DNA from: Mobula birostris
Lineage: Eukaryota
Reading direction: 5' to 3'
DNA length: 64,000 nt
NCBI RefSeq assembly: GCF_030028105.1
Contig: NC_092370.1
Location: forward strand, 217,974,005-218,038,004
The translations under genes were made by a program, and so were the position numbers. This document shows, in pieces, positions 13,350-24,921 of this stretch (position 1 is its first letter; every line of letters begins with the position of its first letter). Under the pieces are notes generated by a model. It had not been told where the DNA came from. It was given only the letters and a program-made list of their open reading frames with translations, and did no database searches.

Positions 13350-16300
13350 GTAGGTAATGGAGGCAGCAGTTAGGGCAGTTGAGTGCTCCGTTTGCAGGAT
13401 GTGGGAAGTCAGGAAGAGCACAATCGTCCCTGATAACTACACCTGCGAAAGGTGCATCCAGCTGCAGCTCCTGACAAACCGAGTTAGAGAACTGGAGCTG
13501 GATGAACTTCGGATCATTCAGGAGGCAGAGGCAGAAGTTGAGAGGAGTTACAGGGAGATAGTCACCCCTAAGAGTGAGGTAGCTGGGTGACTGTCAGGAG
13601 AGGAAAGGGGAATAGACAGAATGAGCAGAGCACCCCTATGGCTGTTCCCACCAATACTAAGTACATCGTTTTGGATACTGTTGATGGGGACAACCTACCA
13701 GGGACAAGTTGCTGTGGTTGCGTCTCTGGCACTGAGATGGGACCGTCAACTCAGAAGGGAAGGAGGGAAAAGAGGAGAGCAGTAGTGATAGGGGATTCGA
13801 TAGGGGGACAAATAAGAGTTTCTGTGGAAGAGATCGAGAATCCTGGATGGTCTGTTGCCTCCCTTGGTGCCAAGGTCCGCGATATCTCAGATCCAGTTCT
13901 CGGTATTTTCAAGAGGGAGGGTGAGGAGCCGGATGTCATGGTTCATGTAGGGACCAATGATGTGGGTAGGGAGAGTGAGGAGGTCCTGAAAGGTGAGTTT
14001 AGGGAGTTAGGCGCCAAGTTAAAGGACAGGACCTCCAGGATAGCAATCTCAGGATTGCTACCAGTGCCATGTGCAGGCGAGTTTAGAAATAGTAAGATAG
14101 TGCAGATCAACACGTGGTTGAAGATGTGGTGCAGGAGGGAGGGCTTCAAATTTATAGATAATTGGGTAGTTTTCCTGAGAAGGTGGGACCTGTTCTGGCG
14201 GGACAGTCTACATCTGAACTGGAAGGGGACAAATATCCTTGCAGGTAGGTTTGCTAGAGAGGCTCCGGTGGATTTAAACTAGATACGAGGGGGGAGGGGA
14301 ACCAGAGTGTACAAACAGATGTAGGGAAGAAGGAAGAAAAAGAAAATAGTAAAGTTGTTTGCACCGTTAGTGATAAACAGAGAGTAAGAGGTGGAAAATT
14401 TCTTAAATGCATTTATTTTAATGCTAGGATCATTATCAGAAAGATGGATGAGCTTAAAACATGAATTGATACCTAGAAATATGATGTGGTAGCTATTAGT
14501 GAAACATGGTTACAGGAGGGGTGTGATTGGCAACTAAATATTCCTGGATTTAATTGCTTCAGGTGTGATAGAATCAGAGGGACAAGAGGGGGAGGTGTTG
14601 CATTGCTTGTCAGAGAAAATATTACAGCAGTGCTCTGGCAGAATAGATTAGAGGGCTCGTCTAGGGAGGCTATTTGGGTGGAATTGAGGAATGGGAAAGG
14701 TGTAGTAACTCTTATGGGGGTGTATTATAGACCATCAAATGGGGAGCGAGAATTGGAGGAGCAAATTTGTAAGGAGATAGCAGATATTTGTAGTAAGCAC
14801 AAGGTTGTGATTGTGGGAGATTTTACTTTTCCACACATAGACTGGAAAGCCCATACTGTAGAAGGGCTGGATGGTTTGGAGTTTGTAAAATGTGTGCAGG
14901 ATAGATTTTTGCAGCAATACATAGAGGTACTAACTAGAGAAGGGGCAGTGTTGGATCTCCTGTTAGGGAATGAGATATGTCAGGTGACGGAGGTTTGTAT
15001 TGGGGAGCACTTTGGGTCCAGTGATCACAATATTATTAGTTTCAATGTGAATATGGAGAAGGATAGGTCTGGACCCAGGGTTGAGATTTTTGATTGGAGA
15101 AAGGCTAACTTTGAGGAGATGTGAAAGGATTTAGAAGGAGTGGATTGGGACAATTTGTTTTATGGGAAGAATGTAATAGAGAAATGGAGGTCATTTAAAA
15201 GTGAAATTTTGAGAGTACAGAATCTTTATGTTCCTGTTAGGTTGAAAGGAAAGGTTAAAAGTTTGAGAAAGCCATGGTTTTCAAGGGATATTGGAAACTT
15301 GGTTCGGAAAAAGAGATATCTACAATAAATATAGGCAGCATGGAGTAAATGAGGTGCTCGAGGAATATAAAGAATGTAAAAAGAATCTTAAGAAAGAAAT
15401 TAGAAAAGCTAAAAGAAGATATGAGTAAGGTGAAAATAAATCCCAAGGGTTTCTACCGTTATATTAATAGCAAAAGGATAGTGAGGGATAAAATTGGTCC
15501 CTTAGAGAATCAGAGTGGACAGCTATGTGTGGAGTCAAAAGAGATGGGGGAGATTCTGAACAATTTCTTTTCTTCGGAATTCACTAAGGAGAAGAATATT
15601 GAATTGTGTAAGATAAGGGAAACAGGTAGGGAAGTTATGGAAACTATGATGATTAAAGAAGAGGTATTGGTGCTTTTAAGGAATATAAAAGTGGATAAGT
15701 CTCCGGGTCCTGACAGGATATTCCCTAGGACCTTGAGGGAAGTTAGTGTGGAAATAGCAGGGGCTCTGACAGAAATATTTCAAATGTCATTAGAAATGGG
15801 GATGGTGCCGGAGGATTGGCGTATTGCTCATGTTGTTCCATTGTTTAAAAAGGGTTCTAAGAGTAAACCTAGCAGTTATCGGCCTGTGAGTTTGACGTCA
15901 GTGGTGGGTAAATTGATGGAAAGTATTCTTAGAGATGGTATATACAATTATCTTGATAGACAGGGTCTGATTAGGAACAATCAACGGATTTGTGCGTGGA
16001 AGGTCATGTTTGACAAATCTTAGTGAATTTTTTGAAGAGGTTACTAGGAAAATTGACGAGGGTAAAGCGATGGCTGTTGTCTATATGGACTTCAGTAAGG
16101 CCTTTGACAAGTTCCCACACTGAAGGTTGGTTAGGAAGGTTCAATCGTTAGGTATTAATTAATTAGTAAAATGGATTCAGCAGTGGCTAGATGGGAGACG
16201 CCAGAGAGTAGTGGTGGATAACTGTCAGATTGGAGGCCGGTGACTAGTGGTGTGCCTCAGGGATCTGTACTGGGTCCAATGTTATTTGTCATATACATTA

Positions 16301-17460
16301 ATGATCTGGATGATGGGGTGGTAAATGGGATGAGTAAGTATGCAGATGATACTAAGATAGATGGAGTTGTGGATAATGAAGTAGGTTTTCAAAGCTTGCA
16401 GAGAGATTTAGGCCAGTTAGAAAGGTGGACTGAAAGGTGGCAGATGGAGTTTAATGCTGATAAATGTGAGGTGCTACATTTTGGTAGGACTATTCAAAAT
16501 AGGACATACATGGTAAATGGTAGGGCATTGAAGAATGCAGTAGGACAGAGGGATCTAGGAATAATGGTGCATAGTTCCCTGAAGGTGGAATCTCATGTGG
16601 ATAGGGTGGTGAAGGAAGCTTTGGTATGCTGGCCTTTGTAAATCAGAGCATTGAGTATAGGAGTTGGGATGTAATGTAATGTTGAAATTGTACAATAGAC
16701 AATAGGTGCAGGAGTAGGCCATTTGGCCCTTCGAACCAGCACCGCTATTCACTGTGATCATGAAACTATCTATCCCCCTCATAATTCTAAATACCTCTAT
16801 CAAGTCCCCCCTCAACCTTCTACATTCTAAAGAATAAAGACCCAACTTGTTCAACCTTTCTTTGTAACTTAGGTGATGAAACCCAGGTAACAAGGCATTG
16901 GTGGGGCCAAATTTGGAGTATTGTGTACAGTTTTGGTCACCAAATTATAGGAAACATGTCAACAAAATAGAGAGATTACAGAGAAGATTTACTAGAATGT
17001 TACCTGGGTTTCATCACCTAAGTTACAGAGAAAGGTTGAACAAGTTGGGTCTTTATTCTTTAGAACGTAGAAGGTTGAGGGGGGACTTGATAGAGGTATT
17101 TAAAATTATGAGGGGGATAGATAGAGTTGACATAGATAGGCTTTTTCCATTGAGAGTGGGGGAGATTCAAACAAGAGGACATGAGTTCAGAGTTAAAGGG
17201 CAAAAGTTTAGGGGTAATATGAGGGAGAACTTCTTTACTCAGAGAGTGGTGGCTGTGTGGAACGAGCTTCCAGCAGAAGTGGTTGAGGCAGGTTCGATGT
17301 TGTTGTTTAAAGTTACATTGGACAAATATAGGCAGGTAAGGAATGGAGGGTTATGGGCTGAGTGCAGGTTGGTGGGTCTAGGTGAGAGTAAGAGTTCGGA
17401 ATGGACTAGAAGGGCCGAGATGGCCTGTTCCCGTGCTCTAATTGTTATATGGTTATATAT
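13350..17460 (+). mobile_element. Near full-length CR1 LINE (ORF1 PHD-like finger + SGNH esterase; ORF2 APE + RT), disrupted, sense within HIF1A intron 14
   Basis: CSVC...CERC; IGDS, HVGTND, DSLHLN; VAISETW, SSDHN; SGVPQGSVLGP, YADD; 3' tail gttatatggttatat. Confidence 0.95.
16696..16892 (-). mobile_element. Nested insertion: ~67 bp CR1 3' tail plus inverted copy of 16998-17128
   Basis: Interrupts the host reading LKLYK|ALV; tail matches the elements at 28703 and 34870; remainder is the reverse complement of downstream host sequence. Confidence 0.85.
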
Positions 17461-17499
17461 TCAGTCTCCAGTTCCCCACTCCTCCAACTCCATCATCCC

Positions 17500-18440
17500 C
17501 AGATTTTCTGCAAATTGAAACATAGCAATTGTGACCACACTATTTAAGAGAGAAGGAATACTGGAAATAAGGAAATATTGGAACCTGTAATAAAAATAAT
17601 CTGTAATAAGAAGTATTACAAGATGTTTGAGAAGTATCAGCAGAGATTTAAAAGATTGACTAACTATTTTGAGAATATGTCTAGTAAAGTGGATGAGAAG
17701 GAACATTAGCTATGGATTTTCAAGCAACACAAGATTCTACATTGGATGTTGGTCAACGAAGTTATTACATATGTAATTAGGGCTGTGTACTGGTCTAGAT
17801 TGTTTAATTTTAAAAAAACAGTAAAAATAAAAACCTTGTTCCATTGTTGGGAGCTTTGATAGTAGATTAGTGCTTGAGCCTCAAATGTTATACTCAATTT
17901 CCTTGATGTGAAACTAAGTTGGAGTATCATTATTGATGAGGATGCAAGAGAAGGGAGACAACGTAAAGTGAGTGGGCAGTAGTGGGGTAGGTGGATGAGA
18001 GATTATTTCTGAAGAAAGGAACGATATTCCATGGTGTCCTTACACTTAAGTCACTGGAAGTTAATATATAGGTGTTAATGGCAGGCAAGTTGTATTTATT
18101 GCAAGGGAATTTCAAGTACAAGAATAAAGGATGTCACAGTTCAATATAGCTCGGTGTAACCATATCTGCGTATTGTGTACCATTTTGGTCACCTACTTAA
18201 AAAGGTACAGGGCAAAGATTTATCACACTGAGATAGTAGGTCGGTTTAGAAGGAGAGTTCTAGCAGTTGAAGCCTGTATTCTCTAGAATATAGAAAAATG
18301 AAGGGCAAGCTCTGGCTAGCCAAGAGTGCAGAACTAAAGGTCAGTTTCGAGATAGGGTTAAGTCATTTAAGACTAAGCTATTCATTGATTCCAGAAAATT
18401 GATCTGCTTTGAATGTATTTAAGTGATAAGGAGATTGTGT
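17500..18440 (+). mobile_element. Old, highly decayed CR1 remnants
   Basis: Recognisable pieces such as ctatggattttcaagcaa and tattgtgtaccattttggtcacc. Confidence 0.55.
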
Positions 18441-18630
18441 TTCTTTTGAAGTTTCTTCAACCTGTTGTTACAGTAGGGCAAGTTAGGCTAAATTATTAGA
18501 TATGACTGAATTTCATTGCAGACAATTTAACCTCAATTCATTGTTAATATACAAAATGATAAATTTTTGAAAATTTTAGAACTGTTAAGATTAATATTTT
18601 GTCTTATTTTTAATCTGCTTTTACTTTCAG

Positions 18631-18782
18631 ATATAGTAGCCAGACTTCTGGCTCATTCAGCAGAGGACAGTAGCTTGCCAACACTCACCAACTATGACTG
18701 TGAAGTGAATGCGCCTATCCAAGGCAACAGAACCCTGCTTCAGGGTGAAGAAGTGCTTAGAGCATTGGATCAGGTCAATTAA
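18631..18782 (+). CDS. HIF1A: HIF-1alpha last coding exon 15 equivalent (C-TAD, Asn803-equivalent) with stop
   Basis: ttactttcag|; [35 protein letters not shown] then TAA. Confidence 0.97.
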
Positions 18783-20035
18783 GGTCTCAGACCTGAACAA
18801 AGTAATGGACAATGGCAAAGCCCCAGCACCCAAAGCAGTCTATTTATATTTTCTAAATCTGATTATTATAAAAGCCTGGCTACAACTGCAGTTTTTCAGT
18901 TAGCGGTGCTCCTCCACTGACCCCATCCATGCCTGCTCTTCATTTGCAGTTTTGGTCCAGTTGGTTTGAAATATCTTTCTGATACGTGATGTTTTTAGGT
19001 AGATGGACATCCCTGGGATCCATCGGGAAGGTGAAATGACAGTGACACATGCTATAAGTAAATACATTTTGGTGGTCTGTTTTAATGAGCACTGAAATCT
19101 GTATCTCCAATTCTTGAATTTATAATAGCTGTTACTCTTAAGACTGAGTAAATACTAAAAGGGATATAGCACCTTTTAGTGACCATTCTTTAACCTGGAT
19201 GGGAAAGATTATGTTAATATGATTCACTGCAGAATTTCTGCCTGTTGCTTTGCCAGCTGTTAATTGTAGCCACAATTGCACAAAATATATTTTCTTATTA
19301 AGTACCAGCAGTACTTTATGCAATATGTTTTGCAGTTATATATGTAGTTTTTAAGAAAGAGGAGCTCCAACTTGATTTTTTTAGTTACTTAGTTTAAGAT
19401 GAAGGTTAGGAATGGAATGCATACATAAATAATCACTTTGTACTTGTCATTTTTAATCTAGAAAGGCTTATATTGAACAGTTAAAAGAACCAACTTCCTT
19501 TTAAGCAGCTGTTTGTTGGAAACAGAATGTTGGCAACTTAAATATGGGCAATGTCTCTTTTGATGTGAAGTCTAATATTATTAGTCATTTGTTCTCCAGC
19601 GCATGTAATTCCTACGGTAGTAGTGGAGGTTCATGCTATATCATAGCAACACTTAAGTCTAAATGCTGCTGCTTTTTCTGCATTGTTTAGGTAGTACAGA
19701 GTGTAAATGTAACAATTCCATTGTATTAGAAGACCTAGTTTGGTTATTTAGTCTGTCTTGGTTCTAAAGCACTTTGTCACTTAATTCCCAATTAAAGTAT
19801 CATGTAGGTTGTAAGTTCCTTTTTGTTTCTCTATCCCTTTGACACCACGTTCCTACCCCTACCATTTCCTGGCCTTACACCAGTTCTTGAAGTTATCCCA
19901 AAATCCTTCGCGCGTGAGATTGTATCGTACAACTTGGATTGTTTTTGCTCAGTCATCCTTTGCTATTTGTGGTTGGATCTAACACTAACTGTATTGTTTC
20001 ATTACATCAATAAACATTATATGTGGACCAGGCTC
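18783..20035 (+). other. HIF1A: HIF1A 3'UTR (approximate end)
   Basis: Transposon-free, AT-rich stretch after the stop; ends ...atcAATAAAcattatatgtggaccaggc, resembling the human HIF1A mRNA end as I recall it. Confidence 0.8.
20009..20014 (+). terminator. Polyadenylation signal AATAAA of HIF1A (a second AATAAA lies at 20114-20119)
   Basis: Canonical hexamer within the terminal conserved block; GT-rich sequence downstream (~20040). Confidence 0.75.
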
Positions 20036-20209
20036 ACTCAGTGTGTCCGTGCTATTTTTAAAAGATTTTACAGCCTATTAAATTTACTGTTCTGCAACCA
20101 GTTATTAACTGAAAATAAACCCTATAGAGAACCTATATGCTGCTTATTAAACTCATGATATAAATGTTTTAAGATGCAATTAAGCTATTGTTTACTATTA
20201 TATTTATTT

Positions 20210-20460
20210 AGTGCAGAGTAGGCTCTTCCAGCCACACTGCTCCTGCAACCCGCAACAACCCTGATCATGAGGTAGTTTACAGTGACCAATCAACTGACCT
20301 GGTACATCTTTGGACTTTGGGAGGAAACCAGAGCACCCAGGGAAAAACCCACACATTCCACGGGGTGGGGGGGGGGGTACATACATAGATTCCTTACAGG
20401 AACTCTTGACTCTGCCCCAGCTGTAATAGTGTGCTAACTGCTATGCTACTGTAGCTCCCA
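20210..20460 (-). mobile_element. HE1/V-SINE-like element
   Basis: Reverse of the core: tttgggaggaaaccagagcacccagggaaaaaccca. Confidence 0.7.
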
Positions 20461-22534
20461 CGGTGTATGTATGTGTATACACACACACACTATTCAAAAT
20501 AGCAGTTTTTGGTATTATAATTTCATAGGAGAATTTTTAACTACCAAGAAGACAGTTGACAATCTGTAACTTGTTACTCTCAGATACCACCACTTGAAAT
20601 ATTACCCCCATTCATCCTCCCAGTTTAAAAAAAATTACTGTCTTGTATTTTTTTTAAATTTTCCTACGCATACTATCTAGGCTCTTCACAATTCCAATTT
20701 TCCCTGAATTCTTGTTCCGAATAAAAACATTTCCAGCTATGGCAACTGCCATAGCTGTAAATACAGCACTGTAAACATCCATTGATTTCTTATATACAAT
20801 AGGTACTCAGGTACTATTCCAACATATAGTTCAGTGGCTTCACAGGAGTATTTCTTCTCATTAATTCAACAGCTCAACCAAGACAAGTGTGCACCTTAAA
20901 TCACATAGAGTCCTCGTTATTTATCTCATTTAACTAGATCAATTCTTGTTTGCCATTATTGTCTCTACTTAACCCAGTCTCATCCAGAACTTCTCCCTCA
21001 TCATCAACTGCCTATTCTGGTATCATCAGCAAGTTTAAATAATTTAAATTCCAATCCCATCGTGCTCTACATTCTAAACAGCACAGAAGTAGACGTGTGT
21101 GTATCACACTATGTAATTCAATCAACTCTTTACATCACATTGCCAGTGCTCCACCACTGAAAGCATTGCTAAACTTCATTCAACCTCCATACAAGCATAA
21201 CTTTGCTTTCCCTGCATGGAGCCAGTTTTCCAAATCGCATGGATTTTTATGCCAAAAAATCTGCCCTGTGAAAAGTTGCTAAAATTTACTAAATTAAACA
21301 GCAGAACAAGTACAACCATCATCCAGCCTTGTTAGCTAAAATTCAATTTAGTCAGGTGCAGATTTTTAGATAGAATTAAACTTGGATAATCTCAGGATTG
21401 TTTGGAAATCCTGAGGATATGACATGTGGCTTACTCATTAGTCTGGAAAACAAACTGGATATTCAGATGTAAGTGGACCAATATCAAGACAGCTGGCTGA
21501 GTGTGCTACCAGTCCAGGAATGCAGCTTGGAAGATGGGCAGATTTCCCACTGCCTTTAAACTCAGCAGGTTCATTGGAAACTACTGTGTTTGGGTATTAA
21601 TAGGACAATATGCAATAGGTCAGGAAAAACCTACCAGCCCAGATCTAAGTCCCAAGTTTCCTGGATTATCAAGTTTTACAGTATAAAATGAATCAGGTGA
21701 TATGAGTTTAGTACAAAACAATGTGTTACTGAGGGGAAAAATCTTTCTGATTGGTAGAACCTCATCTACATAGAATTTAAAAATAAAAATGCTAGAGATA
21801 ATGAAATAAAGATTCATATAGGGAAGGAATAAAGGGGTACAGCCTAATATAGGCAAACAGGATAGTGGGCCCGTTCTATGAGTTCAGTACAAGGGTAAAA
21901 AAAAGCTGACAGCAGTTTCTATTTTGTATAATCTAAAAATTGAAAATAAATAACTAATTGGTTTAGCTGTGCCTGTTTGGCATCGGGGCCCTTTACAGAC
22001 CATTGCACAAGACTGCTCCACTTCATTTATTGTTACAGAACAACCAATCAAATCTGCAAGCTGCATTAAGATTCTCCAATTTTCAAGTCAGCAATTGTTT
22101 TTTTTATCTGCCATATATCTCCCTCACTTTTTTCGTGTGAGTGCAACATTCAAACTGTCTAATTTGGCCAAAATAAAAATTGAAACCAAGTGGATTTTAC
22201 TGCCAATCCACATATTTGTAATTCGAGAGTCAATATACATAAGCCTTAGACTCAACCCAGGATAAGCCACCACCTTGCCAAACTGGCTAAAAACAGAGAG
22301 AAAAAAAATCAGAGCACAGGTGTTTGAAGTGTCAATTTCACCAAATTACAGAAAGGGAAAAGGCATGGAAGGAAGACTCCTTCCCAGTGGATTTGCATAT
22401 TCGACCACTCTGGGAAGTTTATTTTGGACTGTAAGCATTTTTCAACAAAACAAAAAGTTTTGTTACCTGCATTTCCTTTGCCAATTACAGTATTCACATT
22501 CCACATCCCTTGTTATTTGATCCTTCTGCTAGTG

Positions 22535-24920
22535 GAAATAGAACAGCAGAGCACAGTATGGGCCCTTCAGCCTACAATGTTGTGCTGACCTATACAAAGC
22601 TACTCCACAATCAATCTAATGCTTTCCACTTACACAGCCCATTACCTTCTATTTTTCTTACATTCCTGGTCTATATCAGCAAGAGTCTCTTAAATATCCC
22701 TATTATGCCAACCTGTTTACCACCACACTCAGCAGAGCATTCCAGGTACATACTATGTAGAAAACCCACCTGTGACATCTTACTCACCTTGTGAGATGTG
22801 CTCTGGTATTGGCCATTGCCACCCTGGGAGAAAGGTGCTAGCTGTTCACTCTATCCATGACTCTCAATCTTATACTGTATACCTTCATCAAATTGCCTCT
22901 CATCCTCTTTCACTGCACAGAAAAGCCCTAGCGTACTCAAACTGTCCTCATAAGATATATTCTCTAATCCAGGCAACATCCTGATAAATCTCAACATCTC
23001 TCTAAAGCTTCTATATCCTTCCTATGATGAGGCAACCAGAACTGAACATAATACTCAGTGTGGTCTAATTCGAGTTTTATAGAGCGCAACATTACCTTGC
23101 TGCTCTTGAACACAGTTCCCCAACTAATGAAAGCAAACACACCATATGCCTTCTTAACCACTCCATCGATGTGTGAAGCAACTTTGAGGAATCTATGGCC
23201 ATGGACATCAAGATCCCTTTGTTCCTCCGCACTGCTAAGAGTCTTGCCACTAATCTTGTACTCCGCCTTCAAGTTCAATCTTGCAAAGTGTATCACTTCA
23301 CACTTTCTGTGTTGAACTCCATCCACCACCTCTACATCCTGTCCATATCCCATTGTAACCTAGGACAACCTCCTACACTACCCACTTCACCACCAATCTT
23401 TGACATCTATGAACTTACTAACCCACCCTTCCACTTTGTCATCCAAGTCATATATAAAATCACAGAAAGAGCAGCGGTCCCAAAACAAATACCTGTGGAA
23501 CGGCACTAGTCACTGACCTAAAGGCAGAATATGATCCATCTAATAACACCTGCCTTATGTGGACATGCCAAACCTGAATCCAGGCAACCAAGTTCCCATG
23601 GATCCCATGCTTCATGATCACAGGGAACCCTGTCAAATGCCTTAAATAAAACCCATATCTATCAAACCCACTAATGCACCTTCATCAATTTCTTTTGTCA
23701 CCTCCTTTAAAAAAAAGCCAATCAGGCTCATGAGGCACAACCTGTCCCTCACAAAGCCATGCTGATTATCCCCAATAAGACTATGCTTCTTCAAATGCTT
23801 GCAAACTCTGTCCCCAAGAATTTGCTCCATTAGTTTGTCCACCAATGATGCACTGGTCTGTAATTCCCAGGATAATCCCCATCATCTTTTTTGAACAAAG
23901 AAACAACATATTCCATCCTCCAGTCCCCTGGTCGTACTCCTAAATGCCCCAGCAATCTCATCCTTTGTTTCCCATTGTAAGCTGCATTATATATTTATCT
24001 AACCCCCAGGGACGTATCTATCCTATTCTTTTTCAGAAGCCATAAAACTGCCTCTTAACCTCGACATGTTCCAGCACACTGCCTATTCTATGGTGGACTC
24101 TCATTCAAAGGCCCTCTCCATAATGAATACTGAAGCAAAGATTTTATTAAGGACCTTCCTACCTTCTCCTACTCAAGGCATGTTTCTTCTTTTAGCCCTG
24201 AGCACTCCTACCCTCACTTATAGTCATCCTCCTGTTATTCACGTACATGTAAAATGCCTTGGGGTTTCTTTAATCCTTCAAGGCCCTCATGTCCCCTTGT
24301 AAATCTCCTAATTTCCTTAAGCTCCTTCCTAGCTAGTTTACAATTCCCAAGTGCCCTGTCTGATTATTGTTTCCTAAATCATGTATACTCCCCTTCTTCT
24401 TCACTAAATGTTCCACCTCTTGTTAAACATTGTTCCATCACCCTACCATCCTTTCACTGCCTCAGTGGCACAGACCTATCCAGAACCACATCCAGGTGCT
24501 CCCCCAACAATCTCCACACTGCTGTGATGCATTTCTCTGAGAACATCTGTTCCCATTTTACACTCCTCTGTTCCTGCCCAGTTCCATCAATAATTAATCC
24601 TTCCCCAATTAAACTTTCCCACACTCTCTACTCCTATCCTTGTCCATGGCTATGCTAAAGGTCAGGGAATTGTGGTTACTATCTCCAAAATATTCATCCT
24701 CCAAGAGGTGGTCTGTCACCTGGCCAGGTTCATTAGCTAATAGTTGATCCAGTATGGCCTCTCCTCCAGTCATTCTGTCTACATAATGCTGTCAGGAATC
24801 CTTCCCGGACACACTTAACTAATTGTGCCCCAACTAAACCATTTGCACCAAGGTGCCAATCATCCTTAGGGGAGTTGAAGTCCCCATGGCAGCATCCCTG
24901 TCAGTTTTGCACCTTTCAAA
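22535..24920 (-). mobile_element. Degraded CR1 LINE (RT to APE), interrupted by a Rex-like LINE and resuming at ~26660-26960
   Basis: YYVQFWLPHHRKDIEALER, QHGFVRDRLCL; APE piece ESMWLDIRNRKG at 26.7 kb. Confidence 0.88.
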
Positions 24921-24921
24921 A

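Noticed and set aside
1774-18782. EPAS1/HIF2A or HIF3A identity
   Set aside because: [32 protein letters not shown], the exon sizes and the 3'UTR all fit HIF1A.
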